Below are positions 19,124 to 29,107 of a stretch of 64,000 nucleotides of DNA, piece after piece. The position numbers were made by a program, and so were the translations under genes. The notes under the pieces are model-generated. The model ran no database searches. It was not told where the DNA came from and saw only the letters and a program-made list of their open reading frames with translations. The first letter of the stretch is position 1, and each line of letters begins with the position of its first letter. Origin of the DNA: a virus; IMG/VR virus record IMGVR_UViG_3300023174_000079, positions 54,974 through 118,973 of that record. One strand, 5' to 3'.

Positions 19124-19524
19124 ACGCTGAATACGCTCATCAGTTATTTGGTGGTGAGATCTCTGATCATTTTAAAATACAAGGTAAATTAGCACCTGAC
19201 TTTGTAAATAATATTCTTAATAATGATCGAAAGTTAGAAGACATTTATAACTCACAAGTTAAACCAGTTGGCAATGTTACTGTAACTAATTCACCGACAA
19301 ATATGAGTATGGATGCGCTCATCGAGCGTCAACCCGATCCACTTGTCTTACAATTACAAAATACCCTGTCGAAGGTAGCTCAAGAATACGGATTAACGTC
19401 AGATAATCAAACAAACATAGACTTTAAACCAGCATTAAAAGATCAATCAGTTGATGATATGCAACAAGCAAATGATGCTGTAATGAAAGCTTTGGAAGAA
19501 CTTAAGTCTTTGGGCGAGATTTAA
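19120..19524 (+). CDS. Hypothetical protein
   Basis: 134-aa ORF coupled to queD by a GTGA overlap. Confidence 0.55.
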   Translation: MNAEYAHQLFGGEISDHFKIQGKLAPDFVNNILNNDRKLEDIYNSQVKPVGNVTVTNSPTNMSMDALIERQPDPLVLQLQNTLSKVAQEYGLTSDNQTNIDFKPALKDQSVDDMQQANDAVMKALEELKSLGEI

Positions 19525-20335
19525 CTGAATCAGACGGACTATACTCCTTTGTATTTGTAACAGGCATAATACCTTTAAATACATGTGTTACGTAACGACA
19601 AAGCTCGGATCGTACGATATGATCTTCCGTTAATTCGACACATTGTACGCCGTGTTCTTTAGCATCATCATTATCGAAAGCTTTATAGACAGTATTAAAT
19701 CCTGATTTACCATAAGGTAGATCAGATTGATCAGGGTCACCACATATAATCATCTTACTAAATTCACCCATACGCGTAAAAAGAGTTTGTAACTCTCTGA
19801 TAGTTAAATTCTGACTTTCATCACAACACACAAATTTAACAGCGAAGTGTAGCCCACGTGCAAAATTAATAGGGCAAATTGTAATCCTGTTATCTTTATG
19901 AAGACGGTGTATCTGAGGCTCGGTTACAAGCTCTGAAAATTTTTCATTAAACGGTGTCATATATACATTAACCTTTTCATTAATGTCACCAGGTAAGTAG
20001 CCGAGCTTTGAATCTGAGCTCTCTACAGCTGAACGTACAAGAACAATATCTGAAACCTTCTTCATATTAAGAAGCTGAAGACCGAGATACATTGAAAGAA
20101 TAGTTTTCGATGTACCTGCTGGTCCTTTAAGAATCATAAGTTTAGTATTCTTATCAAGGAATAAATTAATGATTTCTTTTTGTTTATCTGTCCAAGGAAG
20201 CTCTCGGACATTAAGAGTAAAATCAATTTTTTCTCTTTGGGCTACATAGGGTGATGTATCTTTGACCTCTGAATTGACACCGGTCTTAGATGTTATAACG
20301 GTCGCGGCTTTCGCCGTGCGTTTAGATTTTTTCAT
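19502..20335 (-). CDS. phoH: PhoH-family ATPase
   Basis: GPAGTSKT, LGYLPGD, FARG, DESQN, GDPDQSD, IVRS. Confidence 0.93.
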   Translation of the reverse strand: MKKSKRTAKAATVITSKTGVNSEVKDTSPYVAQREKIDFTLNVRELPWTDKQKEIINLFLDKNTKLMILKGPAGTSKTILSMYLGLQLLNMKKVSDIVLVRSAVESSDSKLGYLPGDINEKVNVYMTPFNEKFSELVTEPQIHRLHKDNRITICPINFARGLHFAVKFVCCDESQNLTIRELQTLFTRMGEFSKMIICGDPDQSDLPYGKSGFNTVYKAFDNDDAKEHGVQCVELTEDHIVRSELCRYVTHVFKGIMPVTNTKEYSPSDSVKSRPKT

Positions 20336-20349
20336 CTATTAATATTTAA

Positions 20350-21108
20350 TCAAATTTGATCTTGATTGCGTAAATCTATAAATAAAGCTTTATCTATATA
20401 TTCAAAACTCAACTTATCACCTTTTTCGAATTCATGTTTTGCCTTACTGCTTACCTGTTTGATGTAAATAGTGCCATGCTTCTTAAGATTACCTAAAGTT
20501 GGGTATGGGTATAAACCTATATTCCTTACATCGCTCTCACATTTAAATATCCACACTCTCTCACCATCATTTAAGGTTATTTTAAAAGGCTTAATCTGAG
20601 GATGTAAATGCCCGGGTTTATATATATCCTTCATTCGCTTACCTTTTCTTGGATCCTGCCATTCATTACCCATGCGCTCTTTCATAGTAACACCCAATTG
20701 CCGCATACTTGTTAATCTGCCTAAATTAATATACATATCATGATATTCCATATTACCTTTCATCTTTCGATGATAGTTTTTACGATTCTCTACCATCTGA
20801 TTGTACGTGCGATCGTTAATATTACTTCCGTTTTCAGGCACAAGATTTGCCCATTCTACTGAAGACACCACATTATAATAATCACTCCAGTATAATGCCT
20901 TAATATGCAGATCAGAAATATTATCACATATTTCAATAATTTTTGTATCGATACACGAACCATGCTTTTGCAGATGTCTCTTCCAGAAACTACCTGAACC
21001 CTTATATCTATAGCATTTTTTTATATCATCAGTCGTCTTTTTACAGAGATATTTTAATCCTGTCTTTTTGTGGGTTTTTATCATAAGATAATGCTTTAAC
21101 TCATTCAT
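20350..21108 (-). CDS. GIY-YIG-variant homing endonuclease (Seg-like)
   Basis: YLMIKTHKKTGLKYLCK, YKGSG..WKRHL, WANLVPENG; TATAAATA immediately upstream. Confidence 0.75.
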   Translation of the reverse strand: MNELKHYLMIKTHKKTGLKYLCKKTTDDIKKCYRYKGSGSFWKRHLQKHGSCIDTKIIEICDNISDLHIKALYWSDYYNVVSSVEWANLVPENGSNINDRTYNQMVENRKNYHRKMKGNMEYHDMYINLGRLTSMRQLGVTMKERMGNEWQDPRKGKRMKDIYKPGHLHPQIKPFKITLNDGERVWIFKCESDVRNIGLYPYPTLGNLKKHGTIYIKQVSSKAKHEFEKGDKLSFEYIDKALFIDLRNQDQI

Positions 21109-21201
21109 CTATATATTTATATCACCGCCTGTCACTTCACCTCCTGTATATAATAATATATTATAGTTGATATACGTATAGGTGGTTATATAATAGATAA
21201 T

Positions 21202-22026
21202 ATGCATGCTAACAATACTCTCAGTATATCTGAAAATTTTTATTCTATTCAATGTGAAGGTCATACAACTGGCTACCCTGCTTATTTTATTCGTTTAAAG
21301 GGCTGTAATTTGAGCTGTGGTCTCTCTACTAAGCACTTATTAGAAGTTAAGCAACAAGGTCGCGGAAATATTGATTCCGGTAGCTTTGTCGGTGATTTAC
21401 ATAAAAACGGTAGTGCCACGTGGACGTGTGACTCTGCTCCTATTTGGCTATTCGGTGATGAAATGTCGTATGAAAAATTAACCCGCAGTTGGACTGAAGA
21501 GGGAATCTTTAATTGGATTAAAGAAGGTCGTGTACATCTTATATGGTCAGGTGGTGAACCAACAATTCCTAAGCATCAAAATGCTATTATCGGCTTTCTG
21601 GATTGGTTTCATGCAGATGATAAATTTCCCTCTAGTTATAACGAAATAGAAACAAACGGTACTTTTTATATTGAAGATAAACTTTTTACTTGGTTGCAAC
21701 AAATTAACTGTTCTGTAAAGCTTGCAAATTCCGGTATGGAGAGAGATCGCCGTATTGTACCTGATGCTATTAAGCGTATTATGGAGCATAAAAATTATTG
21801 GTTTAAATTTGTTATATCAGCTGAGAATGATTTGTTGGAGATTATTAAAGATTTTATAGATCCGTTTAATATACCATGGTCACGTGTTATTATGATGCCA
21901 GGACTAGATTCACAGGATGATTTCCATGAGAGAACAGAATTTGTTCTTCAGATGGCGAAGAAATATGGTTTTATCGGTCTTACGAGGCTTCATATTAGCG
22001 CTTGGGATAAGACGACAGGTGTTTGA
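21202..22026 (+). CDS. queE: 7-carboxy-7-deazaguanine synthase (radical SAM)
   Basis: FYSIQCEG, FIRLKGCNLSC...CDS, SGGEP, EIETNGT, SVKL, FKFV, RLH. Confidence 0.9.
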   Translation: MHANNTLSISENFYSIQCEGHTTGYPAYFIRLKGCNLSCGLSTKHLLEVKQQGRGNIDSGSFVGDLHKNGSATWTCDSAPIWLFGDEMSYEKLTRSWTEEGIFNWIKEGRVHLIWSGGEPTIPKHQNAIIGFLDWFHADDKFPSSYNEIETNGTFYIEDKLFTWLQQINCSVKLANSGMERDRRIVPDAIKRIMEHKNYWFKFVISAENDLLEIIKDFIDPFNIPWSRVIMMPGLDSQDDFHERTEFVLQMAKKYGFIGLTRLHISAWDKTTGV

Positions 22027-22057
22027 TAAATTATTGTCTACTGTTAAATAACATAAT

Positions 22058-22810
22058 ATGAGAATAGCAATAAGTGGTTCAGCTTGTCAAGGAAAAAGTA
22101 CTTTAATTGATGATATTATTAAAAAATGGCCGATGTATGCACGGTCTGCAGAATCATATCGTAAGATAATTAAGGAGGAGAATATTCCTCTTAATAAAGA
22201 AGTTACAGAAGACGGTCAATGGAGAATTCTTAATTGTTTAATCGACGATATTCAAAAAACATCAAAAGATGATTATGTACTTTTTGATCGTTGTACACTA
22301 GATAACCTTGTTTATTCACTTTGGGCTAACAGTAAGGATTCATTGAAGATAAGTGATGAGTTTGTTAAAAAGTGTATTCCTCTTATTAAGGAGACAATGC
22401 ATTCTTTGGATATTATCTTTTTTACACCAATTACAAAGTTTTCACCTATTCCAAAAGAGGCTCGAGAGACTCGTAATATTGAAGAAGAGTATATTAAGGA
22501 AATCGATAACTTATTTAAAGCAATTGAACACAGCTACACGCGAACTGGTGCATCTCCTTTTTTCCCTGATGAAGATCGACCACCAATTATTGAATTATTT
22601 GGTACTAGAGAGGAGCGTATTGCTATGGCAGAACTTTATATAAACGATGATGGTAATGCTGTCGTTGAGGAGACGAGTGTTCTAGATGGAAACAACCTTG
22701 ATTTAATTGATAAATTAATGGGTGATCAGAAAGATGCTCAAAAAGCAGAACTCGACGAAGAGAAGTTCCGTACCGGTATTATTCGTGCAAAAAATTTAGG
22801 CGAAGAATAA
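22058..22810 (+). CDS. P-loop nucleotide kinase (AAA_28/NadR-like)
   Basis: ISGSACQGKST, FDRCTLD. Confidence 0.8.
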   Translation: MRIAISGSACQGKSTLIDDIIKKWPMYARSAESYRKIIKEENIPLNKEVTEDGQWRILNCLIDDIQKTSKDDYVLFDRCTLDNLVYSLWANSKDSLKISDEFVKKCIPLIKETMHSLDIIFFTPITKFSPIPKEARETRNIEEEYIKEIDNLFKAIEHSYTRTGASPFFPDEDRPPIIELFGTREERIAMAELYINDDGNAVVEETSVLDGNNLDLIDKLMGDQKDAQKAELDEEKFRTGIIRAKNLGEE

Positions 22811-22812
22811 GC

Positions 22813-23586
22813 TTAATAGGTAACAAGCAAGCGTACGTTAAAGTTTGTACCACTTCCGGTGGCCCCTGGAATAGGTGTACCAATGTTGAGGGTATATGTA
22901 AAGGTATTACCTGCTGTTGTAATACTACTAATATACGGTACATTACTAAGCGGCGATGTGAGTGTGGTGGCTGGAGCAATTGTAAACATTGCAGAGTTAA
23001 GTGTTGATGCTATAGTTGTTGGTACTGTTAGGTAGAAATTAGAATCTGTCCAGGTTTGACTTGAAGCATTACTAGCGTTTTGTGCTACATTAACTGTCGC
23101 TGTGGTATCATAGATATTTTTATTAGCAGTCAACGACTTATTCATTGTTGCAAGGCTAGCTGATGCAGCAGTAAGCTGAGTGAATAAGCTCGTATACATC
23201 GGATTACCTGTATAATCAAGACTTGTTGGTGTTGCACTTACAATGAGACCGTTGGTAATAGTAAAGCTATCATAATAATTATTACTATTAAGCTTAATAG
23301 GTGCTGTATCGGTCCAGCCCTTTTGACCCCCTGTTGTAAAGTATTGTGACGCTGTTAACGTAACTGTATTAATACCACCAATAAAGACAGCGTTATTACC
23401 GGTAAGATCACCTACTACAGTCGCATTACCGCTAATATCAGTACGTACTACATTAAAACTACCAAAAGGGATAATCTGCGTACCGTTTGTTGTCTGTAAA
23501 ATGAGATAATCCGTCGATGTAGCAAGCTGAGCTTGCGGTAAATTAAGAAGACTCACAGAAGTACTGTTGGTAGGGTTTGTTGCCAT
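22813..23586 (-). CDS. Putative virion structural protein (Thr/Ser/Asn-rich, beta-rich)
   Basis: TATAAATA late promoter; LLNLPQAQ...DYLILQT N-terminal motif seen in fibre/baseplate proteins. Confidence 0.6.
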   Translation of the reverse strand: MATNPTNSTSVSLLNLPQAQLATSTDYLILQTTNGTQIIPFGSFNVVRTDISGNATVVGDLTGNNAVFIGGINTVTLTASQYFTTGGQKGWTDTAPIKLNSNNYYDSFTITNGLIVSATPTSLDYTGNPMYTSLFTQLTAASASLATMNKSLTANKNIYDTTATVNVAQNASNASSQTWTDSNFYLTVPTTIASTLNSAMFTIAPATTLTSPLSNVPYISSITTAGNTFTYTLNIGTPIPGATGSGTNFNVRLLVTY

Positions 23587-23622
23587 CGATAGTATTTATA
23601 GTAATATATATAGAATAACCAT

Positions 23623-24465
23623 ATGCCTGGAAAAATTGGAGTTGGAATTATAACGTGTGAGCGATTAGATTATCTTAATAATTTATTAGATTCTATTGAT
23701 AAGGAAGTAGCAGGTATTGATTTTCTAATCATAATAGACGATGGTAATAAAAAAACTATGCATTCACACCCTAAAGTAAACTTTATAAATCATACAAACG
23801 GTAGAGTAGGTGTTGGTAAAGCAAAAAATATGGCTCTAAAGAAATTATATGAACAAGAATGTGATTATATTTTTCTTATTGAAGATGATATGGTTATTAT
23901 CGATCAATCAATTTTTAAGCAATATGTAACAGCGTCAAAGATTAGCGGTATTCAGCATTTTAATTACGGACCAGGATCTCCCTTTAATCGTAAACAAACT
24001 ATTAAGAATTTTGACCTTCACAATAGACACCTTTTAGAGGAAGAAACTGAGCCTAATCCACGCGCTATTATTGATTACAAAGATATTAAAATAGCTCTAT
24101 ATAAACACGTTACCGGTACGTGTTCTTTCTATACACGTAAGGCAATAGATATAGTTGGATATATTGATGAAAACTACAAGAACGCTTGGGAGCATGTAGA
24201 TCATACGTATAATATCATTAAGGCGAAATTACATCCTCCTTTTTGGTGGTTTGCTGATCTTGCTAATAGCCATAGACTTATTGAGCCGCAGAAAAACGCA
24301 ATCGGTAACAGCTCGACATCTAAGAATACTAATGAATGGATGGAGAATGTAAGAGTAAATGCAGAGAAATATAAAGCAAAACACGGTCACTATCCAGCAG
24401 AAGCTTTTGATACTGATCTTAGCAACGTGACATCTATTCTTAAAAAATTAAAACCCAATGAATGA
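23623..24465 (+). CDS. GT2-family glycosyltransferase
   Basis: GIITCER, IIDDG, GVGKAKN, FLIEDD, GYIDE..WEHVD. Confidence 0.85.
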   Translation: MPGKIGVGIITCERLDYLNNLLDSIDKEVAGIDFLIIIDDGNKKTMHSHPKVNFINHTNGRVGVGKAKNMALKKLYEQECDYIFLIEDDMVIIDQSIFKQYVTASKISGIQHFNYGPGSPFNRKQTIKNFDLHNRHLLEEETEPNPRAIIDYKDIKIALYKHVTGTCSFYTRKAIDIVGYIDENYKNAWEHVDHTYNIIKAKLHPPFWWFADLANSHRLIEPQKNAIGNSSTSKNTNEWMENVRVNAEKYKAKHGHYPAEAFDTDLSNVTSILKKLKPNE

Positions 24466-25873
24466 TCTTACACTTATTACCTGTTCTTTTAATACACCCG
24501 ATATAACACTAACAATGTTAAGATCGTGGATGTCAGTGCATAATAGTACACAGAGACTTGTCTTAGTAGATAATTCTACAGATGATAAAACTAAAGGACT
24601 GCTATTTGACAATAAGATACCATATACATCACGTCCAGGGCTTAGTCATGGTCAAGGCGTTAACGAAGCATTAAAGCTCTGTAAAACGAAATACGCTCTT
24701 TTAGTCGATACAGATGTTATCTTTTTAAAAAATCATACTGATATTTTTGAGCAATTTAAATCCATGGATCTAGCTATCATGGGTAAGGTTGAAGGTGATC
24801 GAGGTGGTAAGAAAATCTATAATAGAGTTAATCCGTGGCATTGTTTCATCGACGTTGAAAGGATTAAAGAACATGGCATTACTTTCTTTAATGAGGAAAA
24901 AATGAAGAATAGTTTTAAAACCGATAAAATTTATGATATTGGGTCAACTTTCTTGGAAGATATAAAGAAAGCAGGATTAAAAATCGGTAATGTTGATTTA
25001 GAAAAAAATTACTTCCTTCATCTCGAAGGAATGAGCTGGTATAAAAATAAATTTAATCCAAATCAAGAAGATACAGGAATTGACTTTGGCGGTACACATA
25101 ATAATTCTGCGTTTGTACAGGTATACGATCAAAAATATAATTACTTTAAAGAGTTAAAGAAGCGATACGATGATATAAAAGTATCTAATAAATTTATTTA
25201 CGAAGAACCAATATTACTTGTAAAATTTCCAACAAGAGAGCGTAAGGAGAAATTCTTTACAATGTTAGACAAATATTATAAGCTCTTATCAGGTAAAAAT
25301 AATGTCAAGTTTCTTATAACCTGTGATAGTGATGATAACACTATGAATAATGATGAGGTTAAAGAGAAATTTAAAACATATAAAAATTTAACTGTTGAAT
25401 ACGGTAATAGTAAATCAAAAATTGAAGCTTGTAACGTTGGTCTCGATAGTCATAAATTTCAAATTGTTTTGCTTGCATCTGATGATATGGAGCCTGTTAT
25501 TAAGGGCTATGATTCTATTATTATTGATGGTATGTGTAAAAATTTTCCAGATTTTGATGGTGTATTATGGTTTAATGATGGATTTCAAGGTAATAGGCTA
25601 AACACATTATGTATTCTAGGGCATACATATTATAATCGATTTAATTATATCTATCATCCAATATATAAGTCGCTTTATTGTGATGCTGAGTTTACTATAG
25701 TATCACAGACTCTTAATAAAGTGAAGTATTTCAACGATGTTATTATTAAGCATGTACAATATAGTATTGTTAAAGAGGAGCCAGATCAGCTATACTTAAG
25801 AAATGATGGTCTCGAAAATATCGATAAATTATCTTTCTTACAGAGACAAAAAATAAATTTTGACCTAAAATGA
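24458..25873 (+). CDS. Two-domain GT-A glycosyltransferase
   Basis: First domain VDNS...LVDTD; second domain KFPTRER...LASDDM...YCDAE. Confidence 0.8.
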   Translation: MNDLTLITCSFNTPDITLTMLRSWMSVHNSTQRLVLVDNSTDDKTKGLLFDNKIPYTSRPGLSHGQGVNEALKLCKTKYALLVDTDVIFLKNHTDIFEQFKSMDLAIMGKVEGDRGGKKIYNRVNPWHCFIDVERIKEHGITFFNEEKMKNSFKTDKIYDIGSTFLEDIKKAGLKIGNVDLEKNYFLHLEGMSWYKNKFNPNQEDTGIDFGGTHNNSAFVQVYDQKYNYFKELKKRYDDIKVSNKFIYEEPILLVKFPTRERKEKFFTMLDKYYKLLSGKNNVKFLITCDSDDNTMNNDEVKEKFKTYKNLTVEYGNSKSKIEACNVGLDSHKFQIVLLASDDMEPVIKGYDSIIIDGMCKNFPDFDGVLWFNDGFQGNRLNTLCILGHTYYNRFNYIYHPIYKSLYCDAEFTIVSQTLNKVKYFNDVIIKHVQYSIVKEEPDQLYLRNDGLENIDKLSFLQRQKINFDLK

Positions 25874-26586
25874 AAATAAAAGCGTATACTATTTTTACAG
25901 ATTCGCATAAGCGTATGTTTTGTGATTATTTGATGACGTCATTTCCGTTCAGACAAGAGATTGAACTAACTGTTTTGTATAGGGATCAAGCCTGTAAGAC
26001 AGCGGAGTTTGAGACGAATGGATGGAAAGATACGATGAAAGAGAAAGCGAAGTGTTTTGTCGACGGTATTACGAGCTGTAAGGAGGATGAAGTCTTTATG
26101 TTTATCGATCCTGATATTCAGTTCTTTGGAGATTTTTACGATGACATTAAGCAGGCTTTAGACACTTGCGATGTTGTTTGGCAGAATGACGTTATTGGAG
26201 GTGTTAATACGGGTTTTTTTGCCGCGCGAAGCACGAAAGCGACGCGTGGCTTCTTTAAAACTGTGCTCGGTAATTTAGACTCTGATCAATTTAAACAAGA
26301 ACAAGAACTTGCTAACTATCTTCTTAGACAGATACATCTCTACCCGACAATTAACTTTAAGTGGAAATTTTTACCTAATACGTATTGGACTTACGGTCAT
26401 ATTGCTGCACAGCCCAAGAAAGATAACAGCGGGCTAAAGGGAAGCTGGAAGCAAGAAGACGATGACTTTGATATACCAACTGATATTAAAATGCACCACG
26501 CTAACTGGACGTTGGGTGTAGATAATAAAGAAACAATACTTCAAATCGTCCGCGACAAGTATAAAAATATATATGACCAAAAATAA
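25870..26586 (+). CDS. Nucleotide-diphospho-sugar transferase (GT77-like)
   Basis: FIDPDIQF, VNTGFF, EQELAN, HHANWT. Confidence 0.75.
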   Translation: MKIKAYTIFTDSHKRMFCDYLMTSFPFRQEIELTVLYRDQACKTAEFETNGWKDTMKEKAKCFVDGITSCKEDEVFMFIDPDIQFFGDFYDDIKQALDTCDVVWQNDVIGGVNTGFFAARSTKATRGFFKTVLGNLDSDQFKQEQELANYLLRQIHLYPTINFKWKFLPNTYWTYGHIAAQPKKDNSGLKGSWKQEDDDFDIPTDIKMHHANWTLGVDNKETILQIVRDKYKNIYDQK

Positions 26587-27427
26587 TTTTGTTGATGATT
26601 CATTTTATATAACAGAACAGCTTCAGACTGACGAGCCGTTTGGATGCGGCAAGATAGGTAATTGTGAGCTAATGTGCTTGTACAATTATTTTTTATATAA
26701 CCATAAAAATCAACCTGTCAGCTGGATGCCTATAGTTGAAGCGGAAATCTATAATAATGCTGGCGTGTTTCCGCAAACGGAAGCCGCGCGTATTGAGTTT
26801 GTAGAAGAGATTATACGAAGCATGCCATATCTTGACGCATTGGCCTCGTGGTCTTCTTTTAACCGTGGTTTTGAAGATCGCTTTATACGTAAATATTCAC
26901 CGAATTGCCGGCAAATAGACTTGCAGAGTCTTGAGCCATTTTATTTCGGAGCACCGTGGACCGAGTATCTTAGAGATAAGAAAGTTCTAGTTATATCGCC
27001 ATTTATAGAATCAATAAAAGTGCAGTACGCAAAACGCGAAGCTCTCTGGAAAGACCCGCGTATATTACCTGATTTTGATCTCATTACCCTTAAACATCAA
27101 CATTCGCCTGGCATAGATATCCCAAGCAAATATGAGAATTGGCTAGATATGATTAATCATTATAAGACTCTGTTAGATGATATTAATTACGATATTTTGC
27201 TTATTGGAGCTGGTGCCTCAGCGTTACCACTTGTAGCGCATGCACGTAAAACCGGAAAGAAGGGTATACATCTCGGTGGTCCATTACAACTCCTATTCGG
27301 TATAAAGGGAAGTAGATGGAATAACAGTAGTGTTGGAAAACACTTTTATAACGATTCATGGATCAGGCCATCAATCGAGGAGACACCACACAAGTTCAAA
27401 AACATAGAAGACGGTTGCTACTGGTAA
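26573..27427 (+). CDS. Putative glycosyltransferase (GT-D/DUF1792-like)
   Basis: KIGNCE, KKVLVISPF, DILLIGAGA, IHLGGPLQLLFGIKG.RW. Confidence 0.6.
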   Translation: MTKNNFVDDSFYITEQLQTDEPFGCGKIGNCELMCLYNYFLYNHKNQPVSWMPIVEAEIYNNAGVFPQTEAARIEFVEEIIRSMPYLDALASWSSFNRGFEDRFIRKYSPNCRQIDLQSLEPFYFGAPWTEYLRDKKVLVISPFIESIKVQYAKREALWKDPRILPDFDLITLKHQHSPGIDIPSKYENWLDMINHYKTLLDDINYDILLIGAGASALPLVAHARKTGKKGIHLGGPLQLLFGIKGSRWNNSSVGKHFYNDSWIRPSIEETPHKFKNIEDGCYW

Positions 27428-27464
27428 TCGGTAATATAAGCGCCTATAATACATCAAATATAGT

Positions 27465-28313
27465 ATGGTAATCGATTTCAAAAATTTAAGACCAAGCGCT
27501 GATTATCCTGTCTATCCGCCTTACCACAAGGGTGATTATTTGGAAGAATATTTTTATAAGTTTTATGTAAAAAATAAAGGCGAATTTGATAAGACTGGAT
27601 ACACGTTAATACCAATCTTTTGGACAAACGTTTATATTACGAATAAAAACGTAAATCTTATTCAGCATTACATTGATAACCTACCGCCAGGTAAATATTT
27701 TACTGTATCGCAACACGACGATGCTGTAAAAGAAAAACTACCTGAAGGTGCACTAAGCTTTGAAGCAGGTGGAAATAAAGACGGCATACCGATCCCATTA
27801 ATTTGTTCACCTCTACCTGACGAACTCACGAAACCCGCAGATAAGGAAAAACTTTGCTCATTTACAGGCTCCGTTACCCATGACATAAGGAATAGAATAT
27901 ATCATTTACATGGTGGTGATTCAGATTTTAGCTTTGTTAATAAAAACTGGAATCCAACCGTGTGTGATAATGATTTACAGTTATTTGTAGAGAGAACAAA
28001 GCGTTCAAAATTTACGCTTTGTCCGCGTGGTTATGGGGCACAAAGCTTTAGATTATATGAAGTGCTTCAACTGAATTCTGTACCAGTTATTGTTTATGAT
28101 AAGAGATGGTTTCCCTTCGAAAATACTATTGACTGGAACAGCTTTTGCGTACTCATACATAGTAACGATATACACCTAATTAAAGATAAAATAACCAGTA
28201 TTAACGATCAACAATACAGCGACATGCTCTTAAAAGGAAAGCAAATCTATAAAGAGTATTTTACTATGGAAGGTATGTCAAGAAATATTCTCAATATATT
28301 AAAAGCAAAATGA
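27465..28313 (+). CDS. Exostosin-like glycosyltransferase (GT47)
   Basis: SKFTLCPRGYGAQSFRLYEVLQLNSVPV. Confidence 0.85.
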   Translation: MVIDFKNLRPSADYPVYPPYHKGDYLEEYFYKFYVKNKGEFDKTGYTLIPIFWTNVYITNKNVNLIQHYIDNLPPGKYFTVSQHDDAVKEKLPEGALSFEAGGNKDGIPIPLICSPLPDELTKPADKEKLCSFTGSVTHDIRNRIYHLHGGDSDFSFVNKNWNPTVCDNDLQLFVERTKRSKFTLCPRGYGAQSFRLYEVLQLNSVPVIVYDKRWFPFENTIDWNSFCVLIHSNDIHLIKDKITSINDQQYSDMLLKGKQIYKEYFTMEGMSRNILNILKAK

Positions 28314-29107
28314 GTATTGTCGTTAATCATATTTCCGGGTGCAGACACGGTAATCAATTGTGTCAGTATATGTATGGTAGGATTCTGTCTGAAAAATTAA
28401 AGTTTAAGCTTTTTGGAATTGATCAAAGACATAGAGAGTTTGCTTTAAATGGCTTTAATCTTAATTACAATCAACCTGAATATGCGTATTACGATACACC
28501 TATTCAACAAATAGGGACGAGCAGCAATTATGAATATTCAGCAGGTCTTGATTGGGCACATCCTAATATCAGTATTGATAATATCTGCGCCGATACAACA
28601 CCAAGAAGAATTATATTAGAAGGGTTCTTTCAAAGAAAAGAATATTTTATACCCTATAAAAAACAGATTAAAGATTGGTATAATTTTATCAATTATGATA
28701 TCCCTCAGGACCACGCTGCGATACATATAAGACTCGGCGATTTACGAGAAACTAATCATCCTGATCTTTTACCGCTTGAATATTATCAACAGGCACTTGA
28801 CATGCTAAACTTTAATCATCTTACTATTTGCACAGATACACCTACAGATAGTGAATACATCTTACCTTTTGTTAAAAAGTATAATGCACAAATTTTTACC
28901 GGTAACGAGAGAGAAACAATTTGCTTTTTATCTTGCCACAACAATCTAGTACTGAGTGTTGGTTCTTTTAGCTTCTGGGCAAGCCTTTTTAGTAATGGCT
29001 CAAATATTATAAATGCTATTCCAACAAAAGGTAATAATAGAATTGACCCTAAAAACGGTGTAGACTTACTCCTACAAGGTCCGAATTACAAATATATAAA
29101 ACTATAA
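28310..29107 (+). CDS. alpha-1,2-fucosyltransferase-like (GT11)
   Basis: GNQL, EGFFQ, IHIRLGD, SFSFWAS. Confidence 0.85.
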   Translation: MSIVVNHISGCRHGNQLCQYMYGRILSEKLKFKLFGIDQRHREFALNGFNLNYNQPEYAYYDTPIQQIGTSSNYEYSAGLDWAHPNISIDNICADTTPRRIILEGFFQRKEYFIPYKKQIKDWYNFINYDIPQDHAAIHIRLGDLRETNHPDLLPLEYYQQALDMLNFNHLTICTDTPTDSEYILPFVKKYNAQIFTGNERETICFLSCHNNLVLSVGSFSFWASLFSNGSNIINAIPTKGNNRIDPKNGVDLLLQGPNYKYIKL

